Shown piece by piece: positions 29,864 through 37,523 of a stretch of DNA of 64,000 nucleotides. The notes under the pieces are model-generated. The model made no database searches. It worked only from the letters and a program-made list of their open reading frames with translations, and was not told the origin of the DNA. Positions within the stretch are counted from its first letter, which is position 1; each line of letters opens with the position of its first letter. The stretch comes from an uncultured bacterium (GTDB taxonomy: Bacteria; Zixibacteria; MSB-5A5; GN15; FEB-12), in the NCBI GenBank assembly GCA_965372795.1, contig CBDVDR010000002.1, positions 224,001-288,000 on the forward strand, read 5' to 3'. The position numbers and the translations under genes were made by a program.

Positions 29864-30865
29864 ATGTTAGAGATGATGGTCATAGCCTTTATAAAGGTAG
29901 CCTTAGTCGTTGTTGCAGTTCTCACTGGTTGTGCTTATTCGACCTGGCTCGAAAGAAAAGTTCTGGCGCGTCTTCAGCATCGGATGGGACCAACTTATGC
30001 CGGACCTTATGGGTTGATGCAGCCGATAGCGGATGGTTTAAAGTTAATCTTTAAAGAAGATATCGTTCCGAACAATGCCGAGAGAGTAACTTTTGCTCTG
30101 GCGCCGATGATATCATTTATTCCAGCTTTGCTGACTTTTGCAGTTGTTCCGTTTGGCGCTGATACTGTTATCTTTGGCCATGAAGTCAAAATGGTGCTGT
30201 CTGATTTGAATATTGGTGTTCTCTTTGTCTTTGCAGTAACATCACTCGGTATTTACGGTATCGTTCTGGCCGGCTGGTCATCCGGTTCAAAATATTCCTT
30301 AATGGGCGGATTGCGATCATCAGCACAAATGATTTCTTATGAAGTCAGCTACGGATTATCAATTATTGGAATTATCTTAATAGCAAATACATTGTCGTTA
30401 CGTGAACTTGTCGACATGCAGGCCTCGGATTCGATCTGGTTTTTCAGTAACTGGTTTATCTGGAAACAACCCTTAGGATTTTTACTTTACCTGGTCTGTG
30501 CTGTTGCCGAAACCAACCGCGCCCCATTTGATCTGCCCGAGGCAGAGTCGGAACTGGTCGCCGGTTATCACACCGAATATTCATCAATGCGATTCAGTAT
30601 GTTCTTTATCAGTGAATATGCAAATATGATTGCTGTCGCAGCGGTTGGCGTAACTCTGTTCTTCGGTGGTTGGCATGGTCCGTATCTGCCGTCGATACTC
30701 TGGTTTGTAATTAAGGTTTTCTGTTGTATGTTCTTCTTTATATGGTTAAGAGCAACGTTCCCTCGTTTGCGCTATGACCAGCTAATGAATTTTGGATGGA
30801 AAGTTTTGTTCCCGCTTGCCCTGCTGAACACCATGGTGACAGCTGCCTGGGTAATGTGGGAATAG
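29864..30865 (+). CDS. nuoH: NADH-quinone oxidoreductase subunit H
   Basis: ERKV..R.GP, QPIADGLK, AETNRAPFDLPEAESELV, PRLRYDQ. Confidence 0.97.
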   Translation: MLEMMVIAFIKVALVVVAVLTGCAYSTWLERKVLARLQHRMGPTYAGPYGLMQPIADGLKLIFKEDIVPNNAERVTFALAPMISFIPALLTFAVVPFGADTVIFGHEVKMVLSDLNIGVLFVFAVTSLGIYGIVLAGWSSGSKYSLMGGLRSSAQMISYEVSYGLSIIGIILIANTLSLRELVDMQASDSIWFFSNWFIWKQPLGFLLYLVCAVAETNRAPFDLPEAESELVAGYHTEYSSMRFSMFFISEYANMIAVAAVGVTLFFGGWHGPYLPSILWFVIKVFCCMFFFIWLRATFPRLRYDQLMNFGWKVLFPLALLNTMVTAAWVMWE

Positions 30866-30887
30866 GATAAAGTGAGGCAGTAAGAGA

Positions 30888-31391
30888 ATGAAAGAAGTAA
30901 TTAAAGCAATTGGCAATGTTTTTATAAATATGCCGATTGGTATGGCAACAACTTTTAAGCATATGTTTAAAAAGCCAATTACTCTTGATTACCCAAAGAA
31001 GAAAAAACCGATGTCTCCCCGGTATCGCGGTCGTCATTATCTCGAGCGTTATGATGATGGTTCCGAGCGGTGTGTCTGTTGTGGTTTATGTGCCTCTGCC
31101 TGTCCGGCTGATGCGATTTATATGGAGCCGGAGGAGAATGAAAAAGGGGAGAGAAAAGCTAAGATTTATGAAATAAATCTTCTGCGTTGTATCTACTGTG
31201 GATTATGTGAAGAAGCCTGTCCTGAAGAAGCAATCTTTCTGGGTCAGGATTATGAATTTGCTGATTCCACACGCGATGCTTTTATTTGGAAAAAAGAACA
31301 AATGCTGGTTAAGCATCCAAGAAAAGAAAATCCTCTTAAAAAAATATATCGTCGTATAAGAAAAGTTTATGGAGTCCCGGATAGAAACTAA
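30888..31391 (+). CDS. nuoI: NADH-quinone oxidoreductase subunit I
   Basis: RYRGRH, CVCCGLCASACP, CIYCGLCEEACP. Confidence 0.96.
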   Translation: MKEVIKAIGNVFINMPIGMATTFKHMFKKPITLDYPKKKKPMSPRYRGRHYLERYDDGSERCVCCGLCASACPADAIYMEPEENEKGERKAKIYEINLLRCIYCGLCEEACPEEAIFLGQDYEFADSTRDAFIWKKEQMLVKHPRKENPLKKIYRRIRKVYGVPDRN

Positions 31392-31972
31392 TGAATTTAG
31401 ATATTATTATATTTGTGATCTCTGCTGTTGTAGCTGTCTTTGGAGCTACAATGATGATCTTTCAGCGTAACCCGATAGCATCGGTTTTATACCTGATTGT
31501 ATCCTTAGTTGCCCAAGCGGTTTTATATGTACAGCTCGGCGCCCTGTTTATGGGGGCGATGCTGATTATTGTATATGCCGGTGCAATTATGGTTTTATTC
31601 TTGTTTGTAATAATGATGCTGAATCTCAGGGGTGGGGAAGACCTCGGAGAATCATCACCGCCAATTAGTAGATTTACTAAATATGTTGTTTCATTACTAA
31701 TCTTTTTTGAGATGGTATTTATTATTCGAAATGGTTTTTTATCAAATGCTTTTGCACCCGGAATGATGCAGGAAGCGACAACCGATTTTGGAACAGTGGA
31801 ACCAATCGCAACATTATTATTTACACGATATCTATATCCGTTTGAATTAACCTCAATTCTGTTACTGGCTGCTATTGTCGGCGCCGTTGTGCTGGCCAAG
31901 CGCGAATCTGCCGAGGAGCTTCAAACGAGTATTGATGAACAGACCGAAGTTAATAAAGAGGAACAAAAATAA
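31391..31972 (+). CDS. nuoJ: NADH-quinone oxidoreductase subunit J
   Basis: VYAGAIMVLFLFVIMM, PFE..S.LLL.A.VGA. Confidence 0.95.
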   Translation: MNLDIIIFVISAVVAVFGATMMIFQRNPIASVLYLIVSLVAQAVLYVQLGALFMGAMLIIVYAGAIMVLFLFVIMMLNLRGGEDLGESSPPISRFTKYVVSLLIFFEMVFIIRNGFLSNAFAPGMMQEATTDFGTVEPIATLLFTRYLYPFELTSILLLAAIVGAVVLAKRESAEELQTSIDEQTEVNKEEQK

Positions 31973-31974
31973 TT

Positions 31975-32277
31975 ATGGTTCCTATCTCTGCATATTTAAT
32001 TGTGGCAGTTGCCTTGTTTGGAATTGGTGCTCTGGGTGTATTGATTTCAAGAAACATCATTATCATGATGATGTCGGTCGAGTTGATGCTCAATGCTGCT
32101 AATCTGGTTTTAATCGCATTTTCAAAAGTTATGAATATTATGGATGGTCATGCCATCGTGTTTTTGGTTTTAACAGTTGCCGCTGCTGAGGCTGCGGTTG
32201 GTTTGGCGATGGTTATTCTGTTGTTCAGAAATCGGGATACTATAAATATTGACCGCTTCAATATATTGAAATGGTAA
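31975..32277 (+). CDS. nuoK: NADH-quinone oxidoreductase subunit K
   Basis: SVELMLNA, VAAAEAAVGLA. Confidence 0.96.
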   Translation: MVPISAYLIVAVALFGIGALGVLISRNIIIMMMSVELMLNAANLVLIAFSKVMNIMDGHAIVFLVLTVAAAEAAVGLAMVILLFRNRDTINIDRFNILKW

Positions 32278-32290
32278 GGTGAAAATAAAT

Positions 32291-34228
32291 ATGGCTGATT
32301 ACTTGTATTTAATACCTCTTTTTCCGCTGATCGGATTTATGATCAACGGACTGTTACTTGGGAAAATCCCACGTACTTTAAGCGGTATAATTGCATCAGG
32401 ATCTGTCGGGCTATCATTTATTGTTGCCTTGATGTTGTTTTTTGATTTAAAAGCTCTTCCAACTGATTCAAGAGTTATTGAACAGGTTTTATTTACCTGG
32501 ATAAATTCCGGTACGTTCCATGTCAGTTTCGGATTCCTTTTGGATCCGCTTTCTTCAATCATGATATTAGTTGTCACCGGTGTTGGATTTTTAATTCATG
32601 TTTATTCAATCGGCTATATGGCTCATGAGCCGGGGTATGGTCGATATTTTACATATTTGAATTTGTTTACCTTTTCCATGCTGATTCTGGTGCTGGCTGA
32701 TAATTTCCTGCTCCTTTTTGTAGGGTGGGAAGGGGTTGGACTTTGTTCTTATCTCTTAATCGGCTTTTGGTTCGAGAAAAAATCAGCCTCAGATGCCGGT
32801 AAAAAAGCTTTCATTGTTAACCGTATTGGTGATTTCGGGTTTTTGCTGGGAATGTTTTTGATTTTCTGGAATGTGGGCACACTCAATTTCAGAGAAGTTG
32901 TCGAACTTTCACCAACAATATTTACAGTCGGCAGCGGTTTGATTACAGGAATTTGTCTGCTTCTATTTTTAGGTGCGACCGGTAAATCGGCACAAATACC
33001 TTTGTTTGTCTGGCTGCCGGATGCTATGGAAGGACCGACACCCGTATCAGCATTAATTCATGCGGCAACGATGGTAACAGCCGGTGTTTATATGATTGTC
33101 AGAACCAATGTCCTGTTTATAATGGCTCCCGATGCTATGATGACGGTTGCAATCATTGGTGCTACCACAGCCATATTTGCGGCAACAATCGGGTTAGCGC
33201 AAAATGATATTAAACGAGTTTTGGCTTACTCAACTGTTAGCCAATTAGGATATATGTTCCTTGCCTGTGGTGTCGCCGCATTCTCTGCCGGTATTTTTCA
33301 TCTGATGACTCATGCCTTCTTTAAAGCGTTATTATTCCTCGGATCCGGCTCGGTTATTCATGCTATGTCGGATGAGCAGGATATGCGTAAAATGGGCGGA
33401 TTAAAAAAATATATTCCGGTTACATATTGGACCTTTATAATTGCCACGCTGGCAATATCAGGAATTCCCGGTCTGTCAGGATTTTTCTCAAAGGATGAAA
33501 TTCTCTGGAAATCATTCTCATCTCAATACGGTCACCCGATCTTCTGGGTGCTCGGATTTATTACTGCCGGATTAACTGCTTTCTATATGTTCCGACTGGT
33601 CTATATGACTTTCCACGGGAAAGAACGAATGGATGATACAACTCGTAAAAATATCCATGAATCTCCCAAAACAATGACAGTCCCATTGATTGTCCTGGCA
33701 GTCTTATCAGTTATTGGTGGCTGGGTAGGCATCCCGCATATCTTTGGAGTGACAAATTATTTTGAACACTGGTTGGAACCGGTAGTAGCTTCCAGTTCTC
33801 AAATCGCTGCGACACAAGCTTTGTTAGCCTCGTCAGCAGATACCACAACGGAATGGGGACTAATGGCGGCATCGGTGGCTTTGGTTTTAGCAGCAATATT
33901 TATGGCAAGGCTTTTCTACAGCAAAAAACCGGAACTGGCTACAGCTTTCCAATCCAAACTTACAGGTGTACATAAAGTATTGTTGAATAAATATTATGTT
34001 GATGAGCTCTATGGGGCAGTAATAATACGACCAATTGTTTATTTCTCGCTGTTTTTATGGAAAGTATTCGATGTTGTAATCATTGATGGTTTCTTAAATG
34101 GAATGGCTACGCTTTATAACGATGTCTCAGAAACTTTTAGACAGGGACAAACCGGAAGATTGAGAAGTTATGCTACTCTGTTTGCTTTTGGAGTTGTTAT
34201 TCTGGTCGCAATCTTTTTGATGGATTAA
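32291..34228 (+). CDS. nuoL: NADH-quinone oxidoreductase subunit L
   Basis: GWEGVGLCSYLLIGFW, KSAQ.PL.VWLPDAMEGPTPVSALIHAATMV; start ATG 32291 (ORF track GTG 32279). Confidence 0.97.
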   Translation: MADYLYLIPLFPLIGFMINGLLLGKIPRTLSGIIASGSVGLSFIVALMLFFDLKALPTDSRVIEQVLFTWINSGTFHVSFGFLLDPLSSIMILVVTGVGFLIHVYSIGYMAHEPGYGRYFTYLNLFTFSMLILVLADNFLLLFVGWEGVGLCSYLLIGFWFEKKSASDAGKKAFIVNRIGDFGFLLGMFLIFWNVGTLNFREVVELSPTIFTVGSGLITGICLLLFLGATGKSAQIPLFVWLPDAMEGPTPVSALIHAATMVTAGVYMIVRTNVLFIMAPDAMMTVAIIGATTAIFAATIGLAQNDIKRVLAYSTVSQLGYMFLACGVAAFSAGIFHLMTHAFFKALLFLGSGSVIHAMSDEQDMRKMGGLKKYIPVTYWTFIIATLAISGIPGLSGFFSKDEILWKSFSSQYGHPIFWVLGFITAGLTAFYMFRLVYMTFHGKERMDDTTRKNIHESPKTMTVPLIVLAVLSVIGGWVGIPHIFGVTNYFEHWLEPVVASSSQIAATQALLASSADTTTEWGLMAASVALVLAAIFMARLFYSKKPELATAFQSKLTGVHKVLLNKYYVDELYGAVIIRPIVYFSLFLWKVFDVVIIDGFLNGMATLYNDVSETFRQGQTGRLRSYATLFAFGVVILVAIFLMD

Positions 34229-34231
34229 GTA

Positions 34232-35812
34232 ATGGAATCACAGATACTGACATTAGTGACATTTTTCCCGCTCCTTGGGTGCCTTCTTTTATTACTGGTA
34301 CCTAACGAACGGCATGATACAATTAAATCGGTTAGTCTCATAATTGCATTTATTACAATGCTATTTTCATTCATGTTATATGTCATGTTTGAACCGCTTG
34401 CTAATGGGATGCAGTTTGAAGTAAATATTCCCTGGATAACAACATTCGGAATTAATTATCATATGGGGATTGATGGAATCTCCTTACTGTTGATAGTCCT
34501 GACTTCAATTCTAACGGTGTTGTGTATCCTTGCTTCCTGGAATTCAATCACATCCGGTGTTAAGGGTTACTATATTTCAATGCTTCTTTTAACAACCGGG
34601 ATGATCGGTGTTTTTTGTACTTTGGATCTGTTCCTGTTCTATATCTTCTGGGAAGTGATGCTGATCCCGATGTATTTCATTATTGGAATCTGGGGTGGTG
34701 TCAGAAGAATTTATGCTGCAATAAAATTTGTTTTGTTCACCATGTTTGGATCGCTACTGATGCTTGTGGCGATTATATATGTTCTATTTGAATACCAAAA
34801 ATATGCCGGTGCCTATACATTTGACATGCTAAAAATTATTGAGATGCCTATCGGCTCTCAGGCTCAAATGTGGTTGTTCGGAGCTTTTGCCTTAGCCTTC
34901 GCAATCAAAGTTCCACTATTCCCATTCCATACCTGGCTTCCGGATGCTCACGTTCAGGCTCCAACTGCAGGTTCGGTAATTCTTGCCGGGGTTCTGCTTA
35001 AGATGGGTACTTATGGATTTATCCGAATCTGTATGCCAATGTTCCCGGAAGCGACAATGGTCTATCTGCCATATATCAGTGTCCTTTCTGTAATAGCAAT
35101 AATTTACGGGGCTTTGGTCGCCATGGTTCAGAAGGATGTTAAATCGTTAGTTGCCTTCTCATCGGTTTCACATATGGGCTTTGTGATGCTTGGTCTGTTT
35201 GCCTTAAACTTACAGGGACTTCAAGGTTCAGTTTTGCAGATGATTAACCACGGTGTTTCAACGGGTGCCTTATTCTTATTGGTTGGCATGATCTATGAGC
35301 GTAGGCATACGCGGATGATTGATGAGTTTGGCGGACTTGCTAAAGTTATGCCGGTATTCTCAACGATTTTCCTGATTGTCACCTTGTCATCCATCGGACT
35401 GCCGTTAACCAACGGTTTTGTCGGTGAGTTTTTGATTTTACTGGGTGTCTTTAAATCAAATATGGTTTATGCTATTATAGCAACGAGCGGTGTTATTTTA
35501 TCAGCTTGTTATATGCTTTGGATGTATCAGCGGGTTATTTTTGGAAAGATTACCAATAAAGCCAATGAAGTATTAAAAGATCTCAATTGGCGTGAAAAAA
35601 TTATTATGATTCCGTTGTTAATCTTAATTTTTTGGATCGGCGTTTATCCAAAACCGCTTTTGGATCGGATTGAACCGGCAGTTAAAAATGTGTTACAACA
35701 AATGGGATCAGCACGTACTGTAGATGTAAAAGATACCTTAGAATATAAAGATAGATATTCCACCCGGGCAGAAGTTATACAATTGACTTATAGTGAAAGA
35801 GGTGTGAATTAA
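34232..35812 (+). CDS. nuoM: NADH-quinone oxidoreductase subunit M
   Basis: FWE.MLIP, KVPLFPFHTWLPDAH.QAPT, LLKMG.YG. Confidence 0.97.
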   Translation: MESQILTLVTFFPLLGCLLLLLVPNERHDTIKSVSLIIAFITMLFSFMLYVMFEPLANGMQFEVNIPWITTFGINYHMGIDGISLLLIVLTSILTVLCILASWNSITSGVKGYYISMLLLTTGMIGVFCTLDLFLFYIFWEVMLIPMYFIIGIWGGVRRIYAAIKFVLFTMFGSLLMLVAIIYVLFEYQKYAGAYTFDMLKIIEMPIGSQAQMWLFGAFALAFAIKVPLFPFHTWLPDAHVQAPTAGSVILAGVLLKMGTYGFIRICMPMFPEATMVYLPYISVLSVIAIIYGALVAMVQKDVKSLVAFSSVSHMGFVMLGLFALNLQGLQGSVLQMINHGVSTGALFLLVGMIYERRHTRMIDEFGGLAKVMPVFSTIFLIVTLSSIGLPLTNGFVGEFLILLGVFKSNMVYAIIATSGVILSACYMLWMYQRVIFGKITNKANEVLKDLNWREKIIMIPLLILIFWIGVYPKPLLDRIEPAVKNVLQQMGSARTVDVKDTLEYKDRYSTRAEVIQLTYSERGVN

Positions 35813-36033
35813 TGTCCACTGTAACTATTTATACAAAAGAAGGCTGCCCATATTGTGCGGCAGCGAAGAAGCACTACAATGATAGTGGTATCGATTTTAA
35901 AGAAATTGATGTCCATAAAACAGATGGTGCTCAGGAAGATTTATTAAAGTTGACCGGAGGAGAGAGAATCGTCCCGGTTATTGTGGAAAAGGACGAAGTC
36001 AAATTAGGCTTCGGTGGTGGTTGAGGCTTTTAA
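35812..36033 (+). CDS. Glutaredoxin-like selenoprotein (Uxx-star type), 73 aa ending GFGGG-U-GF
   Basis: YTKEGCPYC and VP motif; in-frame TGA 36022-36024 then GGC TTT TAA; downstream SECIS-like hairpin; ATG overlaps nuoM stop (TAATG). Confidence 0.8.
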
Positions 36034-36038
36034 CCTAA

Positions 36039-36055
36039 GTGCAACGGGTTTGCAT
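36039..36055 (+). promoter_or_regulatory. Bacterial SECIS-like hairpin G-TGCAA-CGGGT-TTGCA-T
   Basis: 5-bp perfect stem (36040-36044 with 36050-36054) plus a G-U pair, G-rich loop, 15 nt downstream of the TGA. Confidence 0.65.
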
Positions 36056-36069
36056 ATGATGGATTTTTT

Positions 36070-37518
36070 ATGATAGATTTTACTTCAGCATCAATTGATT
36101 TTTCTTTGATAGGACCAGAGATTTCCCTGTTGGTAGCGGCTTTTATTATTTTGCTGATCGGTGTCAATGACCGCCTGGCAAAGTATTCCTCTACTATCGG
36201 ACTTATCGGCTTAGCGGTTGCTATTTATCTTGGAATAAATCAATGGGGGCATCAACAATCAGGATTCTTTGGAATGGTTACCTGCGATAATTTTGGGGTT
36301 GCTTTCAAAGTCATTCTGGCTTCCACCTCAATGCTGGTTGTGTTACTGGCTACTGACTACCTTAAAATCAAAGGGATCAATCGTCCCGAGTTTTATGCTC
36401 TGTTGAATATTTCCACAATGGGAATGATGGTCATGGCTAACTCGACCGACCTGATCGTTATGTTCCTCGGCTTGGAAATAATGTCTGTTCCGCTTTATGT
36501 TATGGCGGCATTCTCAAGAAGATCACTCGAATCAAACGAAGCAGGCATAAAATATTTGATCATGGGAGCGTTTGCTTCTGCCTTTTTATTGCTGGGAATA
36601 GCCTTTCTTTTTGGGGCATCGGGAACGACCGATTTACGAAGAATTGTAACCGATTACCACTATATTTTAGCAAATTATAAACTCTATTTTTATGCCGGAG
36701 TCTCTTTGGTTTTGGTCGGCTTTGGTTTTAAAATCGGTGTGGTTCCGTTCCATAGCTGGATTCCTGATGTATATCAAGGCGCCCCGACTCCGATAACAGC
36801 ATTCTTTTCTGTGGTTCCCAAAGCTGCGGCGTTTGCAGTTATGTTAAGAATTTTCAGTTTCGGATTTGCCTTCCTGGATATTTTAACCCCGGTCTTCTGG
36901 GGTTTAGCAGTTATCACAATGGTTGTAGGTAACGTTCTTGCCTTAAGGCAGAGCAATATAAAAAGGATGCTGGCTTATTCATCAATTGCTCATGCCGGTT
37001 ATGTCCTGGTAGCGTTCACCGTAGGTGGCACTGAATCTGTTTCGGCAGCGATGTTCTATGTGGTTGGCTATTCGATGTTCAACCTTGGAGCCTTTGCAAT
37101 TGTTACCCTAATGGAGACAAGGATCGGCTGTAAAGCTGATTTTAGTGAACTGGTTGGATTCGGCAAAAGTAATCCTTATCTTGCTGTTATCCTTGCTTTG
37201 TTTATGTTTGCTCTGTCAGGTTTTCCGCCGACAGTCGGATTCATTGGTAAATTCTATATATTTTCTGCTGCTATTAAACAAGGATTCATCCTCTTATCAG
37301 TTATCGGTGTCATGAATTCTTTTATATCTGTTTATTATTATCTCAGGGTAATCAAGGTCAGCTTCTTTGAAGATGGTGAATCGTCACTTAAGCCGGTGAC
37401 TGTCTCTGCGTCGATGATGGTGGTTTTGGTTGTTACTATTGTTGGAACTTTGGGGCTCGGCTTATTCCCACAGCGTTTAATTGAAATATCAAAAACTGCA
37501 TTATTTGCTTTTATATAA
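36070..37518 (+). CDS. nuoN: NADH-quinone oxidoreductase subunit N
   Basis: GLE.MS.PLY, EAGIKY, FKIGVVPFH.W.PDVYQGAP, KRMLAYSSIAHAGY. Confidence 0.97.
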   Translation: MIDFTSASIDFSLIGPEISLLVAAFIILLIGVNDRLAKYSSTIGLIGLAVAIYLGINQWGHQQSGFFGMVTCDNFGVAFKVILASTSMLVVLLATDYLKIKGINRPEFYALLNISTMGMMVMANSTDLIVMFLGLEIMSVPLYVMAAFSRRSLESNEAGIKYLIMGAFASAFLLLGIAFLFGASGTTDLRRIVTDYHYILANYKLYFYAGVSLVLVGFGFKIGVVPFHSWIPDVYQGAPTPITAFFSVVPKAAAFAVMLRIFSFGFAFLDILTPVFWGLAVITMVVGNVLALRQSNIKRMLAYSSIAHAGYVLVAFTVGGTESVSAAMFYVVGYSMFNLGAFAIVTLMETRIGCKADFSELVGFGKSNPYLAVILALFMFALSGFPPTVGFIGKFYIFSAAIKQGFILLSVIGVMNSFISVYYYLRVIKVSFFEDGESSLKPVTVSASMMVVLVVTIVGTLGLGLFPQRLIEISKTALFAFI

Positions 37519-37523
37519 AAATT

